Counted from the first letter of the whole stretch, positions 39,666 through 52,799 are shown. The stretch is DNA of 63,818 bases, filler included, from Octopus bimaculoides (GCF_001194135.2; 3 parts of 3 records of this genome joined end to end with filler, not necessarily neighbours in it); one strand, 5' to 3'. Numbers and translations: made by a program. The notes: a model not told the origin generated them from the letters alone.

Positions 39666-40125
39666 NNNNNNNNNNNNNNNNNNNNNNNNNNNNNNNNNNN
39701 NNNNNNNNNNNNNNNNNNNNNNNNNNNNNNNNNNNNNNNNNNNNNNNNNNNNNNNNNNNNNNNNNNNNNNNNNNNNNNNNNNNNNNNNNNNNNNNNNNNN
39801 NNNNNNNNNNNNNNNNNNNNNNNNNNNNNNNNNNNNNNNNNNNNNNNNNNNNNNNNNNNNNNNNNNNNNNNNNNNNNNNNNNNNNNNNNNNNNNNNNNNN
39901 NNNNNNNNNNNNNNNNNNNNNNNNNNNNNNNNNNNNNNNNNNNNNNNNNNNNNNNNNNNNNNNNNNNNNNNNNNNNNNNNNNNNNNNNNNNNNNNNNNNN
40001 NNNNNNNNNNNNNNNNNNNNNNNNNNNNNNNNNNNNNNNNNNNNNNNNNNNNNNNNNNNNNNNNNNNNNNNNNNNNNNNNNNNNNNNNNNNNNNNNNNNN
40101 NNNNNNNNNNNNNNNNNNNNNNNNN

Positions 40126-40185
<60 letters not shown>

Positions 40186-40654
40186 GTACATAGTTGTTCC
40201 TATACGTGCATAATTAATACATATATACACATGCACATGCATACATACATACATTTATACATACATAATCATTTCTACATTTACACATACATATAAAATA
40301 GCATACACACATACACAAATACATACACGAATTCATACAAAACATGCATATTCATATGTTTGAAGAAATCGAAGAGTTATTGTAGGATTAATGTAAATAA
40401 ACTCAGGATGGTTATATTAACGTAAACAAAATACATCAATAACTGTATATGTTTTACATATAGACAAACCTACATATTTTTTACATAGACGTAATAATAC
40501 TTTCTACTATAGGCACAAGACCTGAAATTTTGGAGGCAGGGGGCTTGTCAATTACATGAATGTATTAGTGTCATCCTAATACATTCGTTGTGCACGTCCT
40601 TTTGTTGTTTTTGTTTTTAGTCTTGATTTGCCTATATATATATATATATATATA

Positions 40655-40710
40655 TATTTCTTATATTTCTTTCAGTCATTTGACTGCAGCCATGCTGGAG
40701 CACCGCCATA
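40655..40710 (-). mobile_element. SINE family A, 3' terminus
   Basis: ctttcagtcatttgactgcagccatgctggagcaccgcc. Confidence 0.75.
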
Positions 40711-41296
40711 TATATATNNNNNNNNNNNNNNNNNNNNNNNNNNNNNNNNNNNNNNNNNNNNNNNNNNNNNNNNNNNNNNNNNNNNNNNNNNNNNNNNNNN
40801 NNNNNNNNNNNNNNNNNNNNNNNNNNNNNNNNNNNNNNNNNNNNNNNNNNNNNNNNNNNNNNNNNNNNNNNNNNNNNNNNNNNNNNNNNNNNNNNNNNNN
40901 NNNNNNNNNNNNNNNNNNNNNNNNNNNNNNNNNNNNNNNNNNNNNNNNNNNNNNNNNNNNNNNNNNNNNNNNNNNNNNNNNNNNNNNNNNNNNNNNNNNN
41001 NNNNNNNNNNNNNNNNNNNNNNNNNNNNNNNNNNNNNNNNNNNNNNNNNNNNNNNNNNNNNNNNNNNNNNNNNNNNNNNNNNNNNNNNNNNNNNNNNNNN
41101 NNNNNNNNNNNNNNNNNNNNNNNNNNNNNNNNNNNNNNNNNNNNNNNNNNNNNNNNNNNNNNNNNNNNNNNNNNNNNNNNNNNNNNNNNNNNNNNNNNNN
41201 NNNNNNNNNNNNNNNNNNNNNNNNNNNNNNNNNNNNNNNNNNNNNNNNNNNNNNNNNNNNNNNNNNNNNNNNNNNNNNTATATATATATAGTAGTG

Positions 41297-41676
41297 AATG
41301 TGCAATGGCCCAGTGGTTAGGGCAGCGGACTCGGGATCATAGGATCGCGGTTTCGATTCCCAGACCAGGCGGTGTGAGTGTTTATTGAGCGAAAGGACCT
41401 AAAGCTCCACGAGGCTCCGGCAGGGGATGGTGGCGAACCCTGCTGTACCCTTTCACCACAACATTCTCTCACTCCTACTTCCTGTTTCTGTTGTGCCTGT
41501 AATTGGAAGGTCAGCCTTGTCACATTCTCTGTCAGGTGAATATCCCCGAGAACTACGTTAAGGGTACACGCGTCTGTGGAGTGCTCAGCCACTTGCACGT
41601 TAATATCATGAGGAGGTTGTTCCGTTGATCGGATCAACTGGAACCCACGTCGTCGTAAGCGACGGAGTGCCAACAA
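41297..41676 (+). mobile_element. Full-length tRNA-derived SINE (head + distinct body + tail X)
   Basis: Pol III A box tggcccagtgg (41306-41316) and B box ggtttcgattccc (41349-41361); 3' tail ends cgtcgtaagcgacggagtgccaacaa. Confidence 0.85.
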
Positions 41677-41677
41677 T

Positions 41678-41714
<37 letters not shown>

Positions 41715-42369
41715 CAGATAGATAGATAGATAGATAGATAGATAAATAGCTAGATAGGTAGATAAATAGATAGATAGCGCTAATCGAGTACAGAGCATAA
41801 TATAGAGTAAGTAAATGGTAGAGGAGTAGGAAATTATGCATTGACCTTCATTAGCTTATAGCTGTTTCTGCTATACGGTACAGTGTACTCAAACTTGAGT
41901 GCTTATGCATAATTATAGAAGAAACAGCGGTAAGGTAATTAAGCTCACAGTATAATTTCCTACTCCCCTGCCATTTATTTAACTTCACCCACTCGCACGC
42001 GCGCGCGCACACACACACGCACACAAAATAACCATTATCTCATTTAATTTCAGAAGATACTTCAGGTTTCTGGACAACATACATTGTAAATAGATCGTCA
42101 CATATATTACTGGTAGATATTATAGGAACAGGTCAGAGCTCGATTAATCCTTATCCACGTCTTAGAGCACCACGGGAACGCAAGGGATACCATTATGATG
42201 CTAATGGTACAATCGTTATTTAACACAAAATTTAATTTAAAAAAACACACGTAGGCGTAGGAATGGCTGTGTGGTAAGTAGCTATGAATAAGAACTCAAC
42301 ATTTTATAAACATGACACAATTATCCATCGACATAAAACCTTAAATTTAGAGTTTGGGTAGAACTTGTT

Positions 42370-42590
42370 AAATCTTTGTGGGTGGGTAGAGTTCATTAAA
42401 TCCTTGATGGATGGGGTAAATGTGTAATCGAATCGTCGTTCTTCAGATGTACTTTTGTATCGACACCGGAAATATGAAAGGCAAAGTTGACCTCGGAGTG
42501 AGTTGAACTCGAAATGTAAGGGGCCGTAATTAAATGCCTCAGTGTTGTCAGACTCCAGCTATTCTAACAATCTACCAACCCTAGACGAGT
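42370..42590 (-). mobile_element. SINE family B, degraded
   Basis: gtatcgacaccggaaatatgaaaggcaaagttgacctcggagtgagttgaactcg. Confidence 0.65.
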
Positions 42591-43141
42591 TCAATATTGT
42601 ATATATATCTCTATATATAGGATGCAAATGGATACCCCCCTCTGTATTATCAATTTCTCTCTCTCTCACCCCACTCGCTCTCTGTGTCTACCCCCCCCCC
42701 CACACACACACGCACACACATTAGTAAATCTTTTTCTCTTTTTTTATGAAATTGCTTGGATGCTATAAATAATAGCTTATATAAGGGGTAAAATACAAAA
42801 AATCTTGGACGGAAAAATTCGGACAGCTACCCACGACGTAAATGTAAGCATACACACGTGCGCGCGCGCACACACACACACACACGTATACACACGTACA
42901 CGGAAACACACACGCACACACACGAACATAAGCACGCGTAACCCATACACAGACACATACAGACACGCTCAAGCACATACAAGGATGGTTTTCCGTCAAT
43001 TTCGACGTTGGAGAATCAGTTCGATCAACTGTCTTACCCGTTTATTGAATTAGTGTGTAAATGGCCGAGTATACCACAGACGAGTGAAACCAAAATTTTC
43101 AAGTAGAATCACCATGATATACTGAGGGACAAGTCTGTCCC

Positions 43142-43182
<41 letters not shown>

Positions 43183-43709
43183 NNNNNNNNNNNNNNNNNN
43201 NNNNNNNNNNNNNNNNNNNNNNNNNNNNNNNNNNNNNNNNNNNNNNNNNNNNNNNNNNNNNNNNNNNNNNNNNNNNNNNNNNNNNNNNNNNNNNNNNNNN
43301 NNNNNNNNNNNNNNNNNNNNNNNNNNNNNNNNNNNNNNNNNNNNNNNNNNNNNNNNNNNNNNNNNNNNNNNNNNNNNNNNNNNNNNNNNNNNNNNNNNNN
43401 NNNNNNNNNNNNNNNNNNNNNNNNNNNNNNNNNNNNNNNNNNNNNNNNNNNNNNNNNNNNNNNNNNNNNNNNNNNNNNNNNNNNNNNNNNNNNNNNNNNN
43501 NNNNNNNNNNNNNNTATATATATATTTGTATGTATATATACATACATACATGAATAATACATGCATACATACATATACAAATACATGTATGTATGTATGT
43601 ATGTATGTATCTATCTATCTATCTATCTATCTGTCAGTCTGTCTGTCTAGCTAAGTCTAGATAAATATGTATGAAACAAGACACTGAGGAAAAGCACAAA
43701 AATCTGATA

Positions 43710-44270
43710 ACCTATGTTGTCTGTTGAGTTAACAATGAAAATATCACTATATCAAAACCAGTTGTTTGAAAATATCATCGTGTTTATTATTCAGCAATGA
43801 GATACGATGTTGTGGCCAAGACTCTTCTAGAATGAGATCGGTCGGGAAGATAACCCCGAAACTAAAGATATAAGAATAAATAATGTGGCGGAGATGAAAA
43901 TCACTCGTAATATGAAAGAGTACAGGTGGAATGTCTCATTGAAAACTTCAATAAAATGCAAAATTATAGACCAGATATAATGGTTTGGGATATAGAAGAG
44001 AAACTATGTATAACAGCAGAAACCAGAAACACGGAGACTGTTAAAGATCAGTAAAACATAAACACTGGCGATGAAGTATTGAACAATTTACAAACACGCC
44101 ACTCGGATTTAAAGTTTAAATTTATATAACAATTATTGGGGAATAGGATTTGTAACAGAAACTACCTGGCACCAATTTTGAAATACTAGGGTTGTTAAAA
44201 CCAGAAAGGAGAAAACTGATTAGAAAACATCATTGGAACTGTCAAAATATGTAGAACTTTGTAAAAGTTT
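43710..44270 (+). mobile_element. Divergent RLE-type (R4-like) LINE 3' remnant, copy G
   Basis: Across frameshifts: SCLKISS..AMRYDVVAKTL (knuckle-adjacent RHD motif), EYRWNVSLKTSIKC..RPDIMVWDIEEKLCI (PD motif), FKFI..IGFV..RKLIRK..IIGTVKICRT. Confidence 0.65.
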
Positions 44271-44354
44271 GGTGTATAAGTACATATGCACATCGAGGCG
44301 TGCACCTGTATGTGTAAGTATATACACTTCAAACAAGACATAGAGATCAGCAAT

Positions 44355-44600
44355 GCACTGGCTTCAAATACTTGCACGGCTGTGTGGTATGAAGTTTGCT
44401 TCCAAATCACATGGTTCCGAGTTCAGTCTCAATGCTTGTGGGCAAGTGTCTTCTATGTAGCTTCAGACCGACCAAAGTCTTGTCGTACACATGCGAGCAC
44501 GCACGCACGCACACACACACGCACGCACACACACACATACACACGTATGTATGTGTGTGTATGTGTGTATCTGTTTGTCCTCCACCGACTTGACATAATG
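44355..44600 (+). mobile_element. SINE family A, head plus internal (CA)/(TG) microsatellite
   Basis: ggctgtgtggtatgaagtttgcttccaaatcacatggttccgagttcagtc..gggcaagtgtcttctatgtagc. Confidence 0.75.
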
Positions 44601-44760
44601 TGGGAATTGGAAGGTTGAATGTCTTATTGTCATCTGTGGTTTCGTACAGAACAAAGAATCTCCGAAACGAGACCACGTTAGAAAGTGTTCAAGGAAAAGG
44701 CTATTAACAATACCTATTGGCCAAACTAAAATTTTACTTTACATCTACATATTTTGAGTA

Positions 44761-45421
44761 CAGTGGTTCTCAACCGGATCCATATAAAATTTTGGGATTC
44801 CACGCATCAAAGTAGTAAATTGGGGATCTGCAATAGTATTTTAAGGGCCCTTGAAAAAATTTTGTTTTAAATGTATTGGTATGCATTCCAAGAAACAACA
44901 AGATTTCTTTCTCTAGCATTTTACAAAGATAATTCTATCGGTCACGAATGACTATGGGTGCACCTATGAAGTTCCCCTCTGGGGTACAAGTCTTGGCGGA
45001 GAATCGCTTCACCGACGGGAAGACCAGTAGTCACCCATGCATACTAGCCTCCCCTCTCTACGCCACCGATGTTATCTAAGGGGCCGATACAGCTTGGCAC
45101 CAGTAACGTCGTAAGTCATTACTATAGCTCAGTGAACTGGAGCAACGTGAAATAAAGTGTTTTGCTCAAGAACACAACAGGCAGCCCGGTCAGGGAATCA
45201 AACTCGCAACTGTCGTAAGCTCGAAGCTTTAATCACTGAGCCATGCACCTTCACTTTTACATAGTTCTACCTAAACAGATTAATGTGTGAAAAACAAAAT
45301 AGGAATTTTAAAAGAAGTTCCTAAAAAAATTTTCAACATCGAATGGCTATGGAGTTCCACAAAGAATAAAATAGTAATCAAAGCGATCTATAGATTAAAA
45401 AAAAATGTCTGAGAACCCCTG
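44761..45421. mobile_element. hAT (Charlie-like) non-autonomous element containing a nested SINE
   Basis: cagtggttctcaacc at 44761 and tgagaacccctg ending at 45421; 8-bp TSD not conserved. Confidence 0.5.
44960..45255 (-). mobile_element. SINE family C with tail Y
   Basis: ctcagtgaactggagcaacgtgaaataaagtgttttgctcaagaacacaac..gggaatcaaactc..aatcactgagccatgcacc. Confidence 0.8.
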
Positions 45422-45609
45422 CTCTAAGATTAGTAGAATTGTGAGTGAGCATCTTTACGTTAGGGGTTCATATTTGCCGATGTCAACGTTACATTTCATC
45501 ACTTTTGGGCGGAAAGATAATATGCCAGTAAGTTTGGTAATCGTTGGTACCGATTCTCAACAGCTTCCTTCAAAATTCTGGTTTTGTGCTCGCATTACAA
45601 ACCATCACT

Positions 45610-45780
45610 CTTTTATCATCATTCTTTTCATGTCCACATTTCATGGGTCGGACGGAGTTTATTGAGGCAGATTTTCAATGGTTCGATGCCCTTCTTGTCA
45701 ACAACATTCACTTGTTTCCAAACCAGGTAATGTTTCTCCTTGACCGGCCATGTTATCGTCTTTGAAGGATATTGGGTCGG
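45610..45780. mobile_element. Short interspersed repeat family E (degraded)
   Basis: atcatcattc..catgggtcggacgg..ggttcgatgcccttcttgtcaacaac; recognised from memory only. Confidence 0.35.
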
Positions 45781-45878
45781 AATAGGGGAAATAACAGAGA
45801 CATGCATTTCAAAAACTACACGAAGAAAAGATAAACACCATTCACATAATCACATACCGACACTTATCTATCTATCTA

Positions 45879-45915
<37 letters not shown>

Positions 45916-45940
45916 CTGTCTGTCTGTCTGTATGTATGTA

Positions 45941-45999
<59 letters not shown>

Positions 46000-46049
46000 A
46001 TATATATACATATATACCTATATATATATATACATTCTTTCTTTCTTTT

Positions 46050-46174
46050 ATTTATTTCAATCATTTGGCTGCGGCCATGCTGGAGTACCGCCTTTAGACG
46101 AGGAAATTGACCCCCAGAACTTATTCTTTGTAAGACTAGTACTTATTCAATCGGTCTCTGGCCAAATCGCTAAG
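46050..46174 (-). mobile_element. SINE family A, 3' part, running into a gap
   Basis: ggctgcggccatgctggagtaccgccttta..cttattctttgtaagactagtacttattcaatcggtctc. Confidence 0.8.
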
Positions 46175-46771
46175 NNNNNNNNNNNNNNNNNNNNNNNNNN
46201 NNNNNNNNNNNNNNNNNNNNNNNNNNNNNNNNNNNNNNNNNNNNNNNNNNNNNNNNNNNNNNNNNNNNNNNNNNNNNNNNNNNNNNNNNNNNNNNNNNNN
46301 NNNNNNNNNNNNNNNNNNNNNNNNNNNNNNNNNNNNNNNNNNNNNNNNNNNNNNNNNNNNNNNNNNNNNNNNNNNNNNNNNNNNNNNNNNNNNNNNNNNN
46401 NNNNNNNNNNNNNNNNNNNNNNNNNNNNNNNNNNNNNNNNNNNNNNNNNNNNNNNNNNNNNNNNNNNNNNNNNNNNNNNNNNNNNNNNNNNNNNNNNNNN
46501 NNNNNNNNNNNNNNNNNNNNNNNNNNNNNNNNNNNNNNNNNNNNNNNNNNNNNNNNNNNNNNNNNNNNNNNNNNNNNNNNNNNNNNNNNNNNNNNNNNNN
46601 NNNNNNNNNNNNNNNNNNNNNNNNNNNNNNNNNNNNNNNNNNNNNNNNNNNNNNNNNNNNNNNNNNNNNNNNNNNNNNNNNNNNNNTATACACACACACA
46701 CACAAACACACACACATAGACACACGCATACGTAATAAAATAAATATATGTGCAAATATATATGTATTTGT

Positions 46772-46806
<35 letters not shown>

Positions 46807-46844
46807 TATGTGTGTGTGTGAATATAGATATTTATCTTTTATCC

Positions 46845-47245
46845 TTTACTTGTTTCAGTCATTAGACTGTGGACATGCTGGAGCACTTATTTGAAAAATT
46901 CTTACTTGAATGAGTCGACCTCGGTACTTATTTTTTTAAAGCTTTGTACTAATTATATCTAGAGTTACGGGGACGTAAGCACACTAACACCGGTTATCAA
47001 GCGGTGGTGTTGGTCAGAAATAGACGCCAAAACACACACACGCACGAACACACACACTTACACATGCATAAACACACATACACACACATATATGTACAGA
47101 TATACGACTGGCTTCTTTCAGATACCGTCTACGAGATCCACTCACCAGTCTTTGGTCGGTCCGAGGCTATAGTGGAAATGGTACTGAACCCGGAACCATG
47201 TTGTTGGGAAGCAAGCTTCTTACCACACAACCACACCCTATACCT
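46845..47245 (-). mobile_element. SINE family A, full length with internal (CA)n
   Basis: Terminal ttgtttcagtcattagactgtggacatgctggagcac, internal microsatellite 47030-47100, head ggtactgaacccggaaccatgttgttgggaagcaagcttcttaccacacaacc. Confidence 0.85.
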
Positions 47246-47313
47246 ATATATATAGAGAGAGGGAGAGAGATATTGATAGATAAACATATACACACACACA
47301 CAGATATATATAT

Positions 47314-47413
47314 NNNNNNNNNNNNNNNNNNNNNNNNNNNNNNNNNNNNNNNNNNNNTTAATTAATTAANNNNNNNNNNNNNNNNNNNNNNNNNNNNNNN
47401 NNNNNNNNNNNNN
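47314..47413. other. Artificial assembly spacer: 44 N + TTAATTAATTAA + 44 N
   Basis: Identical to 15444-15543. Confidence 0.9.
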
Positions 47414-48979
47414 ATACGGGTGAACGGCCATCTATCGGAACCGTTCAACATCTCGCGTTCGGTTCGCTAAGGGTGTCCTCTCTCCTCCCTTCTGTATGTA
47501 TTGACTCTCGAGCCACTACTGCGGAAGTTGGAGGTTTTGAGGGGCGTCCCGCGCAATCTGGGATATGGAAGGAGCGTGTCTGCCTATGCCGACGACGTCA
47601 CCGTTATGGTGTCGAGCCACAGGCATATTGACCTGATTGGCGAGACACTAAACGAGTATGAAGCGGTGACAGGTGCGAAAATTAACGCGGAAAAGTCAGT
47701 GGACTTGCAACTAGGCACCTGGAGGGGCAAGTCCATGCCGTCCAACAGCGTCGTAGGGTGCTGGACAGACGGACCCGTTAAACTGCTCGGGGTCTGGTTC
47801 GGTCCGGACCTCCAGTTGGAGAAAAACTGGGAAGAAGTGACGAACAGGGTGGTCAACCTCNNNNNNNNNNNNNNNNNNNNNNNNNNNNNNNNNNNNNNNN
47901 NNNNNNNNNNNNNNNNNNNNNNNNNNNNNNNNNNNNNNNNNNNNNNNNNNNNNNNNNNNNNNNNNNNNNNNNNNNNNNNNNNNNNNNNNNNNNNNNNNNN
48001 NNNNNNNNNNNNNNNNCGGTAGTAGCTCCACTCTAGCGTTCTATAGAGGGTTAGTGGGAGAAAAGTGCGACGACGTTCTCGGGAAAACTCTAGGCGTCGA
48101 GGATGATCAGCTAAACAGTCTGTTCAGGAGAACTTTCGGGCCGGGGCCCATGGATAATTTCCAAAAGTCCCTCGCCTGGCAGTGCTACCGAGATGCGCTA
48201 CCTGTTGGAGATAAATTCTACCGACACGGAAGTGCCGTCAACCGGGCCTGCCCGAGGTGCGCTCAGGACGACGAAACCGTTCTGCACGCACTCGTCCAGT
48301 GCCCGAGCATTGCTGACCTGTGGGTCTATATCGAACAGCTACTGTCACGTGTAGGACGGATCTGGCTCTCAGCTGAATCCAACGTGAGAATTGACCCGCC
48401 GACCTCCTTTAACCGGGAGGGCAAGGCAATTTTCCTATGCCTAGTGGCTGTAGCGAAAGAGGTGATACGGTGGACTCGTTTGAAAGGGCTAAAGACAGAC
48501 ACTTTCCTCTTTGGCCAAAGCCTCATCAACTTTTTCAAGTTCCACTTGAAAAGGAAGATGAGAGTAGAGAGGGAAGTGCTGTCTCATAGCAAATTTGTTG
48601 AAAGATGGGTGACTGTTGGAAGAATGGCCAGTATAAACGGACCAATTCTGAGAATACACCTGTAAAAAAAAAAAAAAAAAGGTAATGTAAAAGGAGAAAG
48701 GGCTCTATGCCCCTTTCTTATTTTTTTTCTGACCAGGCTCCCGTGGTTTTATGGGTTTTTCCACGTGTAACCTTTCCTTTTTCGAAGCGCCTCCCCCTTC
48801 GGGGGTTTCTACTTATTTATTTCTCTATTTATTCATTATATCTTTCTCCGTTTTCTTCCTCTGTTTAGACGAACTTTCCTACCTTTTCGGACAAAACCTT
48901 TTGAAACCTTCGTCCTGTCTTAGTCCTTACATGTTTTTAATTGATATTAGCCCTTGTGGCCAATAAAACGAATTAATTG

Positions 48980-48980
<1 letters not shown>
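47414..48980 (+). mobile_element. L1/Tx1-like LINE, 3' half (RT domains 4-7, CCHC knuckle, 3' UTR), copy 1
   Basis: IRVNGHLSEPFNISRSVR*GCPLS..AYADDVTV..GAKINAEKS..LLGVWFG; CPRCAQDDETVLHALVQC; stop at 48665; ends ttgtggccaataaaacgaattaattg then (TTA)n. Contains an in-frame stop and a gap. Confidence 0.9.
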
Positions 48981-49186
<206 letters not shown>

Positions 49187-49305
49187 AGTGAGAGAACAGG
49201 TATGCCTCTCAAAGCGACAGTAGGGTAGAAATATACGAAGTCCAATATACCCATCATAACTACTCGTCTGATAAGGGTGCACCAAGCACATACATCACAA
49301 CCATA
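49187..49305 (-). mobile_element. About 118-bp 3' end of an AAT-anchored non-coding element, flanked by (ATT)n on both sides
   Basis: Minus strand ends ctttgagaggcatacctgttctctcactc-aatgataat; same terminus at 59516-59571 and, vestigially, 56527-56539. Confidence 0.75.
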
Positions 49306-49323
49306 CTATTATTATTATTACTA

Positions 49324-49366
<43 letters not shown>

Positions 49367-49414
49367 CATCATAATCATAATCATCATCATCATCATCATA
49401 ATCATCATCATCAT

Positions 49415-49465
<51 letters not shown>

Positions 49466-49490
49466 TATTATTAATATTATTATTATCATT
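49306..49490. repeat. (ATT)n/(ATC)n compound array
   Basis: Direct inspection. Confidence 0.95.
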
Positions 49491-50330
49491 GTTTTGTTTT
49501 CTTTCTTCAAATTTTCTTCTCTATTTCTCGCCGAGTGTTTTCCGTACACCTAGGGCAGAAAAGCTCATTGTATGCATTCCCAGTTTACACACGCAAATTC
49601 ACAGGTAAAATACGTATGTAAAAAAGTTGATAAATAAATAAATTCATGAATGGATGTTGTTTTCACAGCGATAATGCTCTTCTCAGTACATGAGTCGTTT
49701 CAGTTAACACGATTTTTTGCACTTCCTGATGGGATGGTAAGCCGGGTATCATTTTCAAATAGGTTTCAGTACCTTTTTTATCATTCCCTAGAGATCCTAC
49801 AATCACTGGTATGGTAGTCGCCTTGAGGTGCCACATTTTTTCAATTTCTATTAGCAAGTCTTTATATTTACTGATCTTGTCAAATTCTTTCGCCGCTATA
49901 TTATGATCACAGGGAATACTCATGTCAATTAATAAACACGTCTTCTTTGTCTGATCTTTTATGATAATATCCGGTTTATTAGTTTTTATAGTTTTGTCGG
50001 TATGTACGTGGAAGGCCCAGTGAATCGACACATTTTCTCTCTCAGTCACAGCTTCAGGATGGTGTTTATACTATTTGTCAGTGGTTTTTATTTTATAATG
50101 CTGACATATTGTCCAGTGTTAATAAGCTTTGGTCTTGAGCAGCTAATATGAAACCTTCACTCTCTGCTTTTAGCCCTGAGCTTTGTAACCATTGATGCAT
50201 GCGTTTCTGGTCGACATCAGCTTGTTTGCTACGCACCACATACTTGCCATGCAGAGGTTTCTGTTCCTATCTGCTAGCTAATTTTTCATGTGCTATTGTC
50301 TTTGCAATTAATTTTATTTTCTTTGTGGTA
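49491..50330 (-). mobile_element. R4/Dong-type LINE 3' fragment, copy B (internal deletion across the knuckle)
   Basis: ORF 49663-50049 with RLE PD..D..K motif (NKPDIIIKD..LLIDMSIP..KISKYKDL); upstream KPLHGKY..HQWLQSSGLKAESEGFILAAQDQSL; 3' end matches copy A and runs into (AAT)n. Confidence 0.92.
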
Positions 50331-50454
50331 GCAATTGGCGCATTCCCTTCAACCTGATCAATCTGGTAGGTATCTAAGAGATGTAATTCAATAGTTAGGT
50401 CCAGAAACTTTGCTGTTTTTCTATACTTCTCATATTAATGTTTTCATCGTTTGA

Positions 50455-51480
50455 GAATGTAAAGCCTATTATCTTAATCTACTACTACCAAATCAGGCCT
50501 TCTGGCTTCTGTTATTCTGTTAGTCTGAATATTGAAGTCCCACAACATTTTTTTATTTCTAAACTTCTGGTACTTTACTAGGGTCATGTTCATACCATTT
50601 ATCAGTATGTTCAAATCTTAACTTTCTACATAGCTCCCAGTGGATGAACCTCCCTAGATTGTCATGTGTTTTCTTGTATTCTTTCTGTGTCAGCATGCTA
50701 CATTCATTTACTATGTGAGTAACGCTTTCATCTTTTGATTTGCATAATCTACATTGAGAATCTACTTGGTTTTTGTCTATCTTGGCTTTTATCCAATTAG
50801 TCCTTAATGCTTGATCTTGTACAGCTACTAACAAACTTGCTGTCTCTCTTCAACTTTCCTTTCTGCAACCATAACCATATCTTACTACTATTATTTGTTG
50901 AAACTATCTTTGGGAATTTACCATGCAACGCTTTCTCCTTGCCAGTCAGATAATTTCTGTCTTTTTTTCTAGCTTTTAAGTTCGTTTGGTGCTTTGATTT
51001 CCCTGTGTCTTGCTGTAACTCTAGCAGCTTTTAATAAACTTTCTTCACTGTTACCTACATAAGTGTCAATATCTACTCCAGCTAACTTCACGCAAGCTTC
51101 TACTGATATTAACCCCCTTCCGCTTTCCTTTCTTGGTAAGTACAATCTTGCTACTCCTGCCCTTAAGTAGAGTCCGCCATTCATATTGAATTCCTTCCTA
51201 GTTCTTCTGTCTAGCCTTGCTAATTCAGTTTTTGTCCAGTGTACAAAAGCTGCTGAGTATCTAAGCAATGATACTGCCCAAGTATTTACAGCCTTCACTA
51301 GATTCGGACTGTCTAGTTTTGACTTCATTAGCTTTCTCACTCTTCTTTCAAGCCCGATTAAATAAGTATCAATTGACTTAATCGACAAACCCCACGCCTC
51401 AAAAACTTCAATTATTTTTATTAGTTAGGTTATTGCTTTGTTTTATACGAGCTCTTCCAAATCTCATCCAGAGACCTCAA
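50455..51480 (-). mobile_element. R4/Dong-type LINE fragment, copy C (different lineage; post-RT region, knuckle, start of RLE)
   Basis: AVNTWAVSLLRYSA..LDRRTRK..RLYLPRKESGRGL; AVQDQALRTN..CRLCKSKDESVTHIVNEC..HD; LWDFNIQTNRITEARRPDLVVVD. Confidence 0.9.
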
Positions 51481-52014
51481 GTAACTATTATTTTCTGTTA
51501 TTTAATAGAATCTTGACCCAAACATTTATATGATACGCTTTTACCCCCACACATACCTACCAGTAACGTGGTTTCTGTCAAATTTCTCACATTATCAAGA
51601 TAATCTGTTCTGTTAGATCACGAATTCCTAATCAAGGTTACATTAATAACCATTTTTTCTTCAAAATCCAAAGGACGTTGCCTCTTATGCATGATAAATC
51701 AAAATATATTATAATTTTTTTCTTCCTAAGACCAAACTATTTTGTTTCCCTCATAGAATCGTGATGCTTCAGAATTGAAGGTTTAATGCAGTAATATTAT
51801 TAGATGATGGAGGATATATGTAAACTTACTCCTGACGCATAATTTTATATATTTTGTTAAACGAGTTTTAACAGAAATAATTAGAAGAAAACGCAGATTC
51901 ACGAATATAGTATATTCTTGTTATTAGTGAGAATTTATGGGAAAAAGGACTAAAGTTGAATGGAATATCCGATTTCTAGCAATACTTGTGGTGTTGTCGT
52001 TGTTTGTAGTAGTG

Positions 52015-52046
<32 letters not shown>

Positions 52047-52799
52047 GGTGGTTTTGTTACTGAGGTCGTTGTTGCTATTAATACTGGAATGACATTATGA
52101 ATGATGCTAGTAATTAAACTGCTAGCTAACCCACGCCAAGGAACGTTTTGTTAATTCACCATTTATATTCGCCTACACAGAACTGGAAGTTTGTTTTCGT
52201 TAGTCAGTCAGAAGAAGATGGGTTGCGTCCAAGACAGATTGGTGAGCTAGCTTTGGTTGATATTGAGGTCGAACCCCTGTAGACCAATTACTCCTGAAAT
52301 CCTAATGAAAAAAAAATATTACTGGGTGTTTGGAAACAGTATTCCGGATGATTGTAGAGTCGAGCTGAAAGAGAATTGGTCTACGTATTTCGGAGAATTC
52401 GGAATATTTTACACAGTAGTGATAATAGGAAGAAGCGTTGGTGATGGGAAGTATGGTTCACAAGTTGTAACACTGGCAGTCGAGAAGAAGCAATGCAGAT
52501 CTGAGTTAATGCGGATTGAATCGAATGATTCAACAGTTGTTGGCTGGCATCAAAATAGGAGAATAGGGCACTCTGCATTGAAACTTATAGTTAATGATTA
52601 ATGTATGTTTTTTGGAGGGACTCGTATAATATTTAATTAAAATAACGAGCGTCTTTGAAAAAGACATTAATTCCCTACGAACAATGTCCGTAATTGCGAT
52701 TCGATTTCCGGCAGAATCTATTCGATTTACTGTTAATTACGTTTGAGAAAACGTAAAAGTTATCATTCAGTTATTACACTTTGAAATTAAAAACGTAAA

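Noticed and set aside
41297-41365. tRNA-like sequence with A and B boxes
   Set aside because: No complete cloverleaf; it continues into a SINE body, so it is a SINE head and not a tRNA gene.
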